Below are positions 33,511 through 44,498 of a DNA stretch of 55,323 nucleotides, in pieces; position 1 is the first letter of the stretch, and the number at the start of each line of letters is the position of its first letter. Made by a program: the position numbers and the translations under genes. The notes below the pieces were generated by a model. That model did no database searches, had not been told where the DNA came from, and saw nothing but the letters and a program-made list of their open reading frames with translations. Source of the DNA: Nemertoderma westbladi (Eukaryota > Animalia > Xenacoelomorpha); contig JAUCBJ010008990.1 in assembly GCA_032718475.1 (NCBI GenBank), positions 1-55,323 of the forward strand, written 5' to 3'.

Positions 33511-34761
33511 CTGTAACAAATAATAAAAATTATAGGCTTCCAATATCCAGTATTTGCTGACGAAGGGATGTTTTTGTCTCGCCTAATCAGACCAGGGGGT
33601 TTGTTGCAATAGCAACATGTTGTGAGCAGTTTTATATATCCGATCACAGATGTTTTATAATGTAATCCCCCATTACCATTCAAATACAGTATTAATGCAA
33701 ACCTACCGTAACTTCCTCGTGATAGGTTGAACTTGTGACAACACCTAAAAATGGTGACAACACTCAAGAAAATGTAAATGGCCACAGTCAATGTGAATTA
33801 CATTTTTTGGATGACCATTACCAAAATGGTCACCGTGGTCATCGTGGTTGTCTAACATCATATAATTACCACAAATGGCTGTTGTCAACATTCAATATTC
33901 TATAGCAACAGGCTTTGTCCCCAGATCAGCGTGATTAATATTAATTCTTAAGTACCTTCAGTACCTAATAGACGATTTGCTTTCTGGAAGGTCAAAGGAT
34001 GCGTTCTGGAACAGTCAAACAAAATAGAATACAGAGTACTACTTCATTTGGGAAACAATAATAATGATAATAATAATAAAATTGCACTTAGAACGCTAAA
34101 TCTACAGTAGATTGTACTCACGGCGAAGGCGCTTGTAGGAAGTAAAATGTTTGTTAAAACTTAAAAGATTACAATCACAATCCTATTTATATATTTTAAA
34201 GAAATATGATATAACTTTTAAGTATAATTTTCCAATCATAACGAGCCTCGGGGGCTGTCTTTAGGAATGTAGAAGTTCTGGGTGGATCTCGCATCACTCA
34301 TAATTCCCCTCCTCCCATAACTCTGGTTCTGTAATCTCCCCTCTTGATACAGTTACAGAGGTAGAAAGTGTAGGTGCACTGTGGGGTACCGGTTCGGTGT
34401 AACTTATAATATATTAATTTATATTATTTTTTTATAATTATATTTGTATTTTTTTATAATTATATTTTTATAATTATAATATAATGTAGTAAAAACATAA
34501 CAACAGCAGACGAGTGAACATATTATAAATGAATCCAGTTAATCAAAAGAATAATAAAAGTCAGTTAAGTCAGTTATTTGTTAAGTTTATTCGGAGATAT
34601 ATAACATCATCGGTTGGGTCAGCGAGACAAGATCTTAAAGAAGTACTCGAACTCGAGGTTGGCGTCATCACTAAATTCAGTACAATGCACCGCGTTCTAG
34701 ATCTTATCTTTCCCGATTCGAGCTTGCAATCAGTCAGGTTTCAGAATACGACAAATCTCCA

Positions 34762-37047
34762 TCACCAATCAACCCCATCAAACAGTCCGATGTAGTGGAA
34801 GGGTGTGTCCATGGTTCCCACCACCGACGCCGCGTTTCCCATGAGAATTGCCACCGCCAAGCGTTGCAGCAAAAACTGGTGCGACCGTTGCTCATGGGTC
34901 CGAGCATGAAGACGCGCCCCGACTTCCTGGAGGAAGCTGGCAGTCTCGGGTCCGGGTCGACCAAAGGTCTCAAAGGCCACGGGACTGAAGTAGCAGCGAC
35001 CACGCTCTACCAACTCGCTATACTTCCTAATCTTCACCCGCTCAGCCTCCTCAGCAGCACGGCCACCAGCGATGAGGGTCTGCTGGAGATGACTCGGGGC
35101 GAGGGGATCCGTTACGGTTGCGTCCCAGGCCAATGAGCGGCCGCGGTTCCAAGGCATCACTGTAACCCCGTCAACCCTCTTACCATCGCTCCGACAGAGA
35201 CCTGGGGGCTCAAGGATGGGGGACACCCCGCAGCTGACCAGCGCCCGCCTTACTATATCGTTCAACATAGCGTGGCGGGGATGCCGGCCAGCGCTCCTCT
35301 GGCAGCAGATACCATGGAGACCATCAGCAGCTACCAGGCTACCACAGCGACAGGTATGCGGCTCGACTACCTTACTTCCCAGCCGCATGGCAACGGCGAT
35401 GCGGAACTGGCTGTCATCCAGCTTCAGTCCCAACGACGAGATGGGTAGAGCACTGAGCCAGCATCCGGCAACTGGGTGGTCCAGGGAATTTAACCTAGCA
35501 AGGTCGACTGGGGATGCAACTAGACGCAGCGCTGCGAGGTTAGCCGAGTGGACTGGGGCCACCCACGCACTCTGAGCAGTCGTAGAGGGTAGAGTAGCGT
35601 CCGAAGGGAGGGAGGATATCCAGAACTCCCGGGCCAACTCGTTGGTTGGGCTCACCACCCCCACTGAGTGGAGCAGGCGGTCGGACAGAGAAGAACAGGC
35701 AGCCGCGGAAGCCAGGAAGGCGGATGGTGCGAGCTGCACTGCCGAACTCAGTCCGAGACCGCCCACCCGTGCGGGGAGGCAGGCCTGGTCCCAGGCTGGG
35801 TCGCTGATATTAGTGTTAGCGACTTCCTGCAGGGTACTTCGGAGGATATCGTCGTAGTTCTTAAGTGCTTCAGGGAATAGGAAGCACGGCGCTGTCCGGA
35901 GGAAATAGGTTAGCCGAGGTATGGCAAATGAATTCTTTAGGAGGAAGAAGCCGTGGTGGGCATCTAGTAGAGGTATGCGGCAGGCTAGGGTCGAGAGGTC
36001 CCCTATCTTTGATGCGAGGCAGGATGCTATAGCGGCATCACCAATGGGGGCACCCAGCATTGACAGCTGTTCAAGGGGTGGGTACTTGATACCAGGGCAG
36101 ACTGAGTTGAACTCCAACTGGATACGGGCGCGAGATTCCTCTGTCTCCGGCCCTAGGAAGAAAAGTTCACTCTTCCCAGGGTTTATCCTCAACCCGCACT
36201 TCCCCCCCTCAACAATCACTTCCCGCAGGTCCTGCAGAACCACATGGTAGTCATCCGCCAAGTTACCGTCATCAAGGTACCAGACATTAAAGCTGGACCG
36301 CCTAGCCTGGACGACGGGGTTTACGGTATCACCGAAGAAGGGCGGTCCGTCCGAGTCCCCCTGCTGCACTCCCTCGTCCGAGAGGAGAGTCTGGGATCCG
36401 TGGAGGAGGAAGGATGCCTCCCCGTAGGCCGCTAGAGTGTAGTTATACACGGAGGGGTGCTGGTCGTGGACGGTCTCCAACATGGTATCCCGGCGGATAG
36501 AATTAAAAGCGTTGCTGAAATCTATTTTCAGCAACACTGTCCCAGCCGGGTTCTCCCTCTCCGTCAACGCTCTCACAGCATGTTCTGCGGCTTCCGCTCC
36601 CAGTTTACAACCAATACCTACTTGCACCGACCCATAAGAATGGGTGCGATCCTCCCCCACCAGGCGCCCGGCAAACTTTGAACAGAGTCTCCGTAGAGCA
36701 ACTCCAACAGCGATAGGCCTGATGCCTCCTCCGGTCTTTGTGAACGCGAAGAGGTTCGCCCCGAAGAAGAGGGGACGGATGGCAACCGGCACATCCCCCG
36801 CAATAGTGACGTCCACGAAATGAGAGAGGGTGGAAAGCAGTCGCTCAGCAGCCCCGCCGTTCGTTGGGCTGACAACGTCTTTAAAGATTTGGGGACGCAC
36901 ACCATCTGGTCCTCCTGCACTACCGCAAGGGAAGGACGAAATCAACTTCCGCAGCACCGCGGGGGAGCATGGCTTCGCGGATGAGTTTACTGGCGGTGGG
37001 GGGTCTCTCCGGTCGACGGGCCTGATCGGGTGTTTATCCCGCAACAT
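34762..37047 (-). CDS. Reverse transcriptase + Zn motif + restriction-like endonuclease
   Basis: SAGGPDG, GIRPIAVG, KIDFSNAFNSI, GVQQGD, WYLDDG, GGLGL, CRC..H..C..RH, RVDGVT..PW..G..LAWDAT, E..KIRKY, PVAFETFG. Confidence 0.92.
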   Translation of the reverse strand: MLRDKHPIRPVDRRDPPPPVNSSAKPCSPAVLRKLISSFPCGSAGGPDGVRPQIFKDVVSPTNGGAAERLLSTLSHFVDVTIAGDVPVAIRPLFFGANLFAFTKTGGGIRPIAVGVALRRLCSKFAGRLVGEDRTHSYGSVQVGIGCKLGAEAAEHAVRALTERENPAGTVLLKIDFSNAFNSIRRDTMLETVHDQHPSVYNYTLAAYGEASFLLHGSQTLLSDEGVQQGDSDGPPFFGDTVNPVVQARRSSFNVWYLDDGNLADDYHVVLQDLREVIVEGGKCGLRINPGKSELFFLGPETEESRARIQLEFNSVCPGIKYPPLEQLSMLGAPIGDAAIASCLASKIGDLSTLACRIPLLDAHHGFFLLKNSFAIPRLTYFLRTAPCFLFPEALKNYDDILRSTLQEVANTNISDPAWDQACLPARVGGLGLSSAVQLAPSAFLASAAACSSLSDRLLHSVGVVSPTNELAREFWISSLPSDATLPSTTAQSAWVAPVHSANLAALRLVASPVDLARLNSLDHPVAGCWLSALPISSLGLKLDDSQFRIAVAMRLGSKVVEPHTCRCGSLVAADGLHGICCQRSAGRHPRHAMLNDIVRRALVSCGVSPILEPPGLCRSDGKRVDGVTVMPWNRGRSLAWDATVTDPLAPSHLQQTLIAGGRAAEEAERVKIRKYSELVERGRCYFSPVAFETFGRPGPETASFLQEVGARLHARTHEQRSHQFLLQRLAVAILMGNAASVVGTMDTPFHYIGLFDGVDW

Positions 37048-37714
37048 CGAACAATGTGTCTGGGGTGTCTGGCGCTATGGTGTCCCTGCAGGAAGCCAAC
37101 CGGATGGCCCGCTTTGACGTCACCATCCTCTATCTTCTCAGCAACGGCATTCACAGGCGCGTTGCCTCGACGTGGGCCTGCCTTCTGCGACCCTGCGGCT
37201 CCGGTCGCGGTGGACTGAACCCCACGCGAATGTAAACCCGGAAATCCGAAATCAGCTGGTTGACCTTGGAGGCCAAGGAACGATGATGTTTCTTCCCACC
37301 GTGGCTGGGCGCTGGTAGGCAACAATGCCAAACCAAGAGAAGACATGTCCAGTTGTGAACATTCGTAGGGTCGCCCGCGATTGCAGAGAACAGATCCGAC
37401 AGTAGATCCGCTAAATTGGCCCGCGACGCCTTTGGGATGTGCCGTAGCTGCCGGGTTCTCCAGCCCTTCAGCAGCGCGAGGACTTCCCACTCCGTGGTAG
37501 CGTCACTAACAGTGGGGGGTTACCACTACGTGGTAACCCCCCACTAGATCCCAGGACTGTTGGGGCCGCCCCTGGGGCACCATCTGAACCGGAATACCTC
37601 TGGGAGTGTTTCCCATGGACATGAAGAGGACCATTGAACTTTATCGAGATCATCTTTCCACAAACAGGGCATACTCCTCCGGGGGGACGTGGTCGATCAC
37701 TGGTGGACTAAATT

Positions 37715-40700
37715 AGGGGACCACGACCAGGGGACTGGGACACCCGACCTGGGGACACCATAGACACCCGACCTGGGGACCGGGACACCCGACATGGGGA
37801 CACCCGACTTGGGAACACCCGATCTGGGGACACCCGAATAGGCAACACCCGACTTGGGGACACCTGGCTTTGGTACAACCGATTTGGGGACACTCGCATA
37901 TGACTGGGGGAATCCCCACAAAGCAACTCGCGACCATAGGACACACGACCCGAGTCCTCCCACCTCACTTGACATGGAGACATGCGACCAGGGGACCAGG
38001 ACACCCGACCTGGGGTCACCCGAAATACCCGACCTGGGGACCGGGATGCCTGACCTGGGGATACCCGACTATGGGACACCCGACCTGGGGACCTGGACAC
38101 GAGACCAGGAGACCGGGCCACACGACCAGTGGACCTGGTCACGCGGCCTGGGGACATCCGGCCTGGGGACTGGGTGGCCCGACCTGGGGACACTCGACCA
38201 TGGGACACTCGACATGGGGATACTCGACCTGGAGACACTCGACCAGGGGACACTCGACCTGGGGACACTCGACCAGGGGACACTCGACCAGGGGACACTC
38301 GACCTGGGGACACCCAACTAGGGGGCAACTGACAAGGGTACAACCCACTAGGGGACACCCGTCTTGGGGGGGACACCCGAGTAGGGGCCTCCGGACCATG
38401 GGACACTCGACATGGGGACAGTCGACTTGGGGACACCCGACTTGGGGACACCCGACTTGGGGACACCCGACTTGGGGACACCCGAGTAGGGGCCTCTGGA
38501 CCATGGGACACTCGACATGGGGAGACTCGACCTGGGGACATTCGACCTGGGGACACCCGACAAGGGTACAACCCACTAGGGGACACCCGGCTAGGGGCCA
38601 CCCGACTTGGGGACACCCGAGAAGGGCCCTCCGGACCATGGGACACTCGACATGGGGACACACGACCTGGGGACACTCGACCAGGGGACACACGACCTGG
38701 GGACAACCGACAAGGGTACAACCCACTAGGGGACACCCGACTAGGGGACACCCGACTTGGGGACACACGACTTGGGGACACCCGACAAGGGTACAACCCA
38801 CTTGGGGACACCCGACTTGGGGACATCCGACTAGGGGACACCCGACTTGGGGACACTCGACCAGGGGACACACGACATGGGGACTCCCGACTAGGGGGCA
38901 TCCGCCAAGGGTACAACCCACTTGGGGACACCCGACTTGGGGACAGCCGAGTAGGGGCCCCCGGACCATGGGACACTCGACATGGGGACCGGGACACCCG
39001 ACATGGGGACACCCGACTAGGGGACACCCGACTTGGGAACACCCGATCTGAGGACACACGACTTGGGGACACCCGACATGGGGACACTCGGCCTGGGGAC
39101 ACTCTACCTGGGGACATTCGACCTGGGGACACCCGACTTGGGGACACACGACCTGGAGAAACCCGACTTGGGGACACTCGGCCTGGGGACACCCGACCTG
39201 GGGACACCCGGCAAGGGTAAAACCCACTAGGGGACACCCGACTTGGGGACACTCGACTTGGGGACACTCGGCCTGGGGACACTCGACCGGGGGACACCCG
39301 ACTTGGGGACACTCGACCTGGGGACACTCGACCATGGGACGCTCGACATGGGGACACTCGACCTGGGGACACTCGACCAGGGGACACTCGACCTGGGGAC
39401 ACCCGACCAGGGTACAACCCACTAGGGGACACCCGACTAGGGGCCATCCGACTTGGGGACACCCGAGTAAGGGCCTCCGGACCATGGGACACTCGACATG
39501 GGGACACTCGACATGGGGACACTCGACCTGGGGACACTCGACCTGGGGACACCCGACAAGGGTACAACCTACTAGGGGACACACGACTTGGGGACACCCA
39601 ACTTGGAGACACTCGGCCTGGGGACACTCGACCGGGGGACACACGACATGGGGACACCCGACTTGGGGACACCCGACTTGGGACACTCGGCCTGGGGACA
39701 CTCGACCAGGGGACACTCGACCTGGGGACACCCGACAAGGGTACAACCCACTAGGGGACACTCGACCGGGGGGACACCCGACCTGGGGACACCCGACAAG
39801 GGTACAACCCACTAGGGGACACCCGACTTGGGGACACCCGACTTGGGGACACCCGACTAGGGGACACTCTGCCTGGGGACACTCGACCGGGGAACACCCG
39901 ACTTGGGGACACTCGACCTGGCGACACTCGACCAGGGGACACTCGACTTGGGGACACTCGGCCTGGGGACACTCGCCCTGGGGACACTCGACCTGGGGAC
40001 ACCCGACAAGGGTAAAACCCACTAGGGGACACCCGACTTGGGGACACCCGACTTGGGGACACCCGACTTGGGGACACTCGGCCTGGGGACACTCGACCGG
40101 GGGACACCCGAGTTGGGGACACTCGACCTGGGGACACTCGACCAGGGGACACTCGACTTGGGGACACTCGGCCTTGAGACACTCAACCTGGGGACCCTCG
40201 ACCTGGGGACACTCGACCAGGAGACACCCGACTTGGGGACATCCGGCTTGAGGACACCCGACTTGGGGACAGGGACACCCGACTTGGGGACAGGGACACC
40301 GGACTTGGGGACAGGGACACCCGACTAGGGGACATCCGACTTGGGGACACTCGACCTGGGGACACTCGACCTGGGGACACTCGACCAGGGGACACTCGAC
40401 CAGGGGACACCCGACTTGGGGACACTCGACCAGGGGACGCTCGACTTGGGGCCACCCGACTAGGGGACATCCGACTTGGGGACACCCAACTTGGGGGTAC
40501 CCGACTTGGGGACATTCGACTGGGGGACACTCTACCAGGGGACACTCGTCCTGGGGACACCCCACCAGGGGACACTCGACTTGGGGACCCCCGACCAGGG
40601 AACACCCGACTTGGGGACACCCGCCTAGGGGATACTCGACCAGGGGACACTCGACCAGGGGACATTCGACTTGGGGACACCCGACTAGGGAACACCCGAC

Positions 40701-40830
40701 TTGGGGACACCCGACTAGGGGACACCCGACTAAGGGACACCCGACTTGGGGAGACCCGGCTAGGGGACATCCGACTTTGGGACACCCGACTAGGGGACAC
40801 CCGACTAGGGGACACCAAACTAGGGGAAAT
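37715..40830. repeat. ~3.1-kb GC-rich 15-bp minisatellite (GGGGACACYCGACYW) with higher-order variants
   Basis: About two hundred 15-mers; minus strand reads (RVSP[SG])n or (V[GE]CP[QL])n. Confidence 0.95.
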
Positions 40831-41352
40831 CCGACCAGCGAACAGGGACAAACGGGATGGAGAAACAGTAGCGGGGCCAGGATTACAATACGAAGAGTGC
40901 AATCCAAATCGGAGTCATCGAAGCCCGGTGTTAAAGTTACATCCATTACGTCGTCGAGTTCATCCAGAGTTGAATTCAAGCGCCCCTGCTCACCAACGAC
41001 AGTGGTCTTCCACCTGGGTGAGTGCGCGAGCAAGTAGTCCACGACGCCGTAACCCGAAGTTCGGCAAGACCCGCTGCGGCAAGTGCAGCAGAGCTGGGAA
41101 GGACCCATACGAGAATACTCGAGGTGAAACGTGGAACGAGTACGTGTCTCAACAGGAAATGCCGGCCGCCGGGGCCAGGTAGGTCAGAGAATCAACAAGT
41201 ACGAGAAGCAGATAGCTGACTCAGATTCGAGCAGTATTACCGGTATTATTATATTATTTATTTAATAATCTTATCCTACTTATCCTTAATCTTGAACTAT
41301 TATTATTTTATTATTATTTTTTATATTTTTATTAATATTTCTCTAATTAACT

Positions 41353-41747
41353 ATGTATGGTTTAAATATTGTTAGCTATAACTGTAACTCTGTAAGAACT
41401 GCTCAGTTAATGTCAATCATTAATGTCATTAATTCATTCTATGTAAGAAGTGCGACATTATGCTTCTTCAGGAGCTCCAATTCCCCAAACAAAGAACTTT
41501 CTTTTTTGAACACAATAAACAATGATTTTTGGATCGTGGGTTTTCTACTGCTAACTATTCAGATGGTCTGCGGGTAGGAAGGCCAGCTGGAGGATTAGGG
41601 TTTTTATGGCGAAAGTCCATAACTCACTCTTTTAATATTGTTGATTTTAATGACCCACCACGCATTTGTGGTGCCTCTATTGATCTTTTGAATGTTGGTA
41701 AGTTATTAATTTTTAATGTTTATCTGCCCCATTATTGCCCTGATAAT
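41353..41747 (+). pseudogene. 5' part of a LINE APE endonuclease domain, interrupted by a TIR element
   Basis: NIVSYNCNSVR, CDIMLLQE, GRPAGGLGFLWRK, LLIFNVYLP. Confidence 0.75.
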
Positions 41748-42422
41748 GATAGAGGGCTGTTGCGCTGTCAGTCAGAGAGGTAACAGCCCGTGGGGTAAGG
41801 ATTTACCTCTGGGACCTGTATTAGGCAAAATAGCAGTCGCTGTGTAGGCCCTCCAGTATTGTGCACGGTACAAGACACGAAATTTAGCCCACATCTGTTA
41901 ATAATACACGGTTTCGCGGTACAAGACCATATTAAATTAGACCACCATCTGTAAAATGCTCGCCTGAGTTCAGGAGTTGCACAGATGTCAGGATGTGCTG
42001 ATTCTATATCACCCACTTAGCCCTGGAACTAGACCACTACAAAAACTGATGCGACAGAGCGAGGTACCGTTAGCCTAACATTTCTCGGAGGCTGGTCCGA
42101 TAACACTCAACGCATTGTTTGGTTGGACATTGACATTATTGCATTACAGTGTACATATTACATAGGCCTACTGATTAGTATGGATTGAGAAATTTGATAT
42201 ATTTGGACGTCAATGGATAGGTAGGTTAGGTTTGAGAAACTAATATCATATCCATATTTATGAATATTTATTTATTTGTACTTCCCTCCTGTTTCACTCT
42301 AGCATACTTGAGGCCATTAGGTCCGCTGTTAGAGATAGAATATATGCAACTTAAGACTGCCCGTTCAATAGAAGTGGATTAGGTGGGACTTTGAGTGTCA
42401 GGGGCTAGTGGCTGAGCTGGTT

Positions 42423-42468
42423 AGCGCTACTGATGAGGCCTGTTAGGCTGAAACGTACTTATAGCGCT
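42423..42468 (+). ncRNA. Type I hammerhead ribozyme, unit 1 (variant: G.U at the base of stem II, UUA site)
   Basis: AGCGCTA CTGATGA GGCCTGTTAGGCT GAAAC GTAC TTA TAGCGCT. Confidence 0.75.
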
Positions 42469-42764
42469 GGTTCAACCCCCGGTGACGCGCTCTCATTTTT
42501 TCCACTTCTGAACAAACCCATTATATTACACCTTTAATTACAGTTGCAACAGCTCATCTCCAATTTATTTAATTAATATCACCTGGCAGCAATACTCGAG
42601 CTGAATATTTATTTATTTGTACTTCCCTCCTGTTTCACTCTAGCATACTTGAGGCCGTTAGGTCCGCTGTTAGAGATAGAATATATGCAACTTAAAGACT
42701 GCCCGTTCAATAGAAGTGGATTAGGTGGGACTTTGAGTGTCAGGGGCTAGTGGCTCAGCTGGTT

Positions 42765-42810
42765 AGCGCTACTGATGAGGCCTGTTAGGCCGAAACGTAC
42801 GTATAGCGCT
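42765..42810 (+). ncRNA. Type I hammerhead ribozyme, unit 2 (consensus)
   Basis: Stem I AGCGCTA/TAGCGCT, CUGAUGA, stem II GGCC(U)/(A)GGCC, GAAA, short stem III AC/GU with GUAC loop, GUA site; predicted cut after 42803. Confidence 0.93.
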
Positions 42811-43105
42811 GGTTCAACCCCTGGTGATGCGCTCTCATTTTTTCCACTTCTGAACAAACCCATTATATTACACCTTTAATTACATTTGCAACAGCTCATC
42901 TCCAATTTATTTAATTAATATCACCTGGCAGCAATACTCGATCTTAATATTTATTTATTTGTACTTCCCACCTGTTTCACTCTAGCATACTTGAGGCCGT
43001 TAGGTCCGCTGTTAGAGATAGAATATATGCAACTTAAGACTGCCCATTCAATAGAAGTGGATTAGGTGGGACTTTGAGTGTCAGGGGCTAGTGGCTGAGC
43101 TGGTT

Positions 43106-43151
43106 AGCGCTACTGATGAGGCCTGTTAGGCCGAAACGTACGTATAGCGCT
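43106..43151 (+). ncRNA. Type I hammerhead ribozyme, unit 3 (consensus)
   Basis: Core identical to unit 2; predicted cut after 43144. Confidence 0.93.
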
Positions 43152-43446
43152 GGTTCAACCCCCGGTGACGCGCTCTCATTTTTTCCACTTCTGAACAAAC
43201 CCATTATATTACACCTTTAATTACAGTTGCAACAGCTCATCTCCAATTTATTTAATTAATATCACCTGGCAGCAATACTCGAGCTGAATATTTATTTATT
43301 TGTACTTCCCTCCTGTTTCACTCTAGCATACTTGAGGCCGTTAGGTCCGCTGTTAGAGATAGAATATATGCAACTTAAGACTGCCCGTTCAATAGAAGTG
43401 GATTAGGTGGGACTTTGAGTGTCAGGGTCTAGTGGCTGAGCTGGTT

Positions 43447-43492
43447 AGCGCTACTGATGAGGCCTGTTAGGCCGAAACGTACTTATAGCGCT
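43447..43492 (+). ncRNA. Type I hammerhead ribozyme, unit 4 (UUA variant)
   Basis: Core intact; GAAACGTACTTA weakens stem III. Confidence 0.8.
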
Positions 43493-43787
43493 GGTTCAAC
43501 CCCTGGTGACGCGCTCTCATTTTTTCCACTTCTGAACAAACCCATTATATTACACCTTTAATTACAGTTGCAACAGCTCATCTCCAATTTATTTAATTAA
43601 TATCACCTGGCAGCAATACTCGAGCTGAATATTTATTTATTTGTACTTCCCTCCTGTTTCACTCTAGCATACTTGAGGCCGTTAGGTCCGCTGTTAGAGA
43701 TAGAATATATGCAACTCAAGACTGCCCGTTCAATATAAGTGGATTAGGTGGGACTTTGAGTGTCAGGGGCTAGTGGCTTAGCTGGTT

Positions 43788-43833
43788 AGCGCTACTGATG
43801 AGGCCTGTTAGGCCGAAACGTACGTATAGCGCT
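43788..43833 (+). ncRNA. Type I hammerhead ribozyme, unit 5 (consensus)
   Basis: Core identical to unit 2; predicted cut after 43826. Confidence 0.93.
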
Positions 43834-44138
43834 GGTTCAACCCCCGGTGACGCGCTCTCATTTTTTCCATTTTTTTCCACTTCTGAACAAACCCATTATA
43901 TTACACCTTTATTTACAGTTGCAACAGCTCATCTCCAATTTATTTAATTAATATCACCTGGCAGCAATACTCGAGCTGAATATTTATTTATTTGTACTTC
44001 CCTCCTGTTTCACTCTAGCATACTTGAGGCCGTTAGGTCCGCTGTTAGAGATAGAATATATGCAACTCAAGACTGCCCGTTCAATAGAAGTGGATTAGGT
44101 GGGACTTTGAGTGTCAGGGGCTAGTGGCTGAGCTGGTT

Positions 44139-44184
44139 AGCGCAACTGATGAGGCCTGTTAGGCCGAAACGTACGTATAGCGCT
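44139..44184 (+). ncRNA. Type I hammerhead ribozyme, unit 6 (one stem I mismatch)
   Basis: AGCGCAA CTGATGA GGCCTGTTAGGCC GAAACGTACGTA TAGCGCT. Confidence 0.85.
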
Positions 44185-44498
44185 GGTTCAACCCCCGGTG
44201 ACACGCTCTCATTTTTTCCACTTCTGAACAAACCCATTATATTACATTTTTAATCAAAGCCAGAATTCCAGTACTGGAACCACGATCAACAATTTCGGAA
44301 GTAAAGACTCCATCAACAACAGTCGGGGTTTAAAAAATACAATCGAGGGCAACATTTAACTGGGCGATCATCTATCTGATAGTTGGAAATGAGTGTCTGA
44401 CAGTTGGTATCAGAGTGTCTAATAGTTAGCACCCCATGGGTAAATCATTACCCTATGGGCTGTTACCTCTCTGACTGACAGCACAACAGCCCCTATAG

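Larger units (their letters stand above)
34490..41230 (-). mobile_element. Long RLE-type (CRE-like) non-LTR retrotransposon with an internal minisatellite expansion
   Basis: RT-RLE ORF 34762..37047; CPVCGK..G.LHVHG motif near 37590-37675; GC-rich body bounded by A/T-rich tracts. Boundaries approximate. Confidence 0.85.
42261..44246 (+). repeat. Tandem array of ~341-bp hammerhead-containing units (retrozyme / Sm-alpha-like satellite), ~5.8 copies
   Basis: Unit starts at 42261, 42602, 42944, 43285, 43626, 43977; near-identical; unit 5 has a 10-bp duplication. Confidence 0.95.
41748..44498. mobile_element. Non-autonomous TIR DNA transposon (~60-bp TIRs, 8-bp TSD) carrying the hammerhead array
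   Basis: 41748-41807 (..GGGCTGTTGCGCTGTCAGTCAGAGAGGTAACAGCCC..ATTTACC) is the reverse complement of 44439-44498; CTGATAAT duplicated at 41740-41747 and 44499-44506; no transposase ORF. Confidence 0.85.

Noticed and set aside
37854-40328. Plus-strand ORFs (WGHPT)n and (LGTPD)n as proteins
   Set aside because: Antisense read-outs of the 15-bp minisatellite with no unique coding context.
42401-42490. Array units as true tRNA genes
   Set aside because: Only the A and B boxes are tRNA-like; the hammerhead replaces the anticodon arm and no proper cloverleaf forms.
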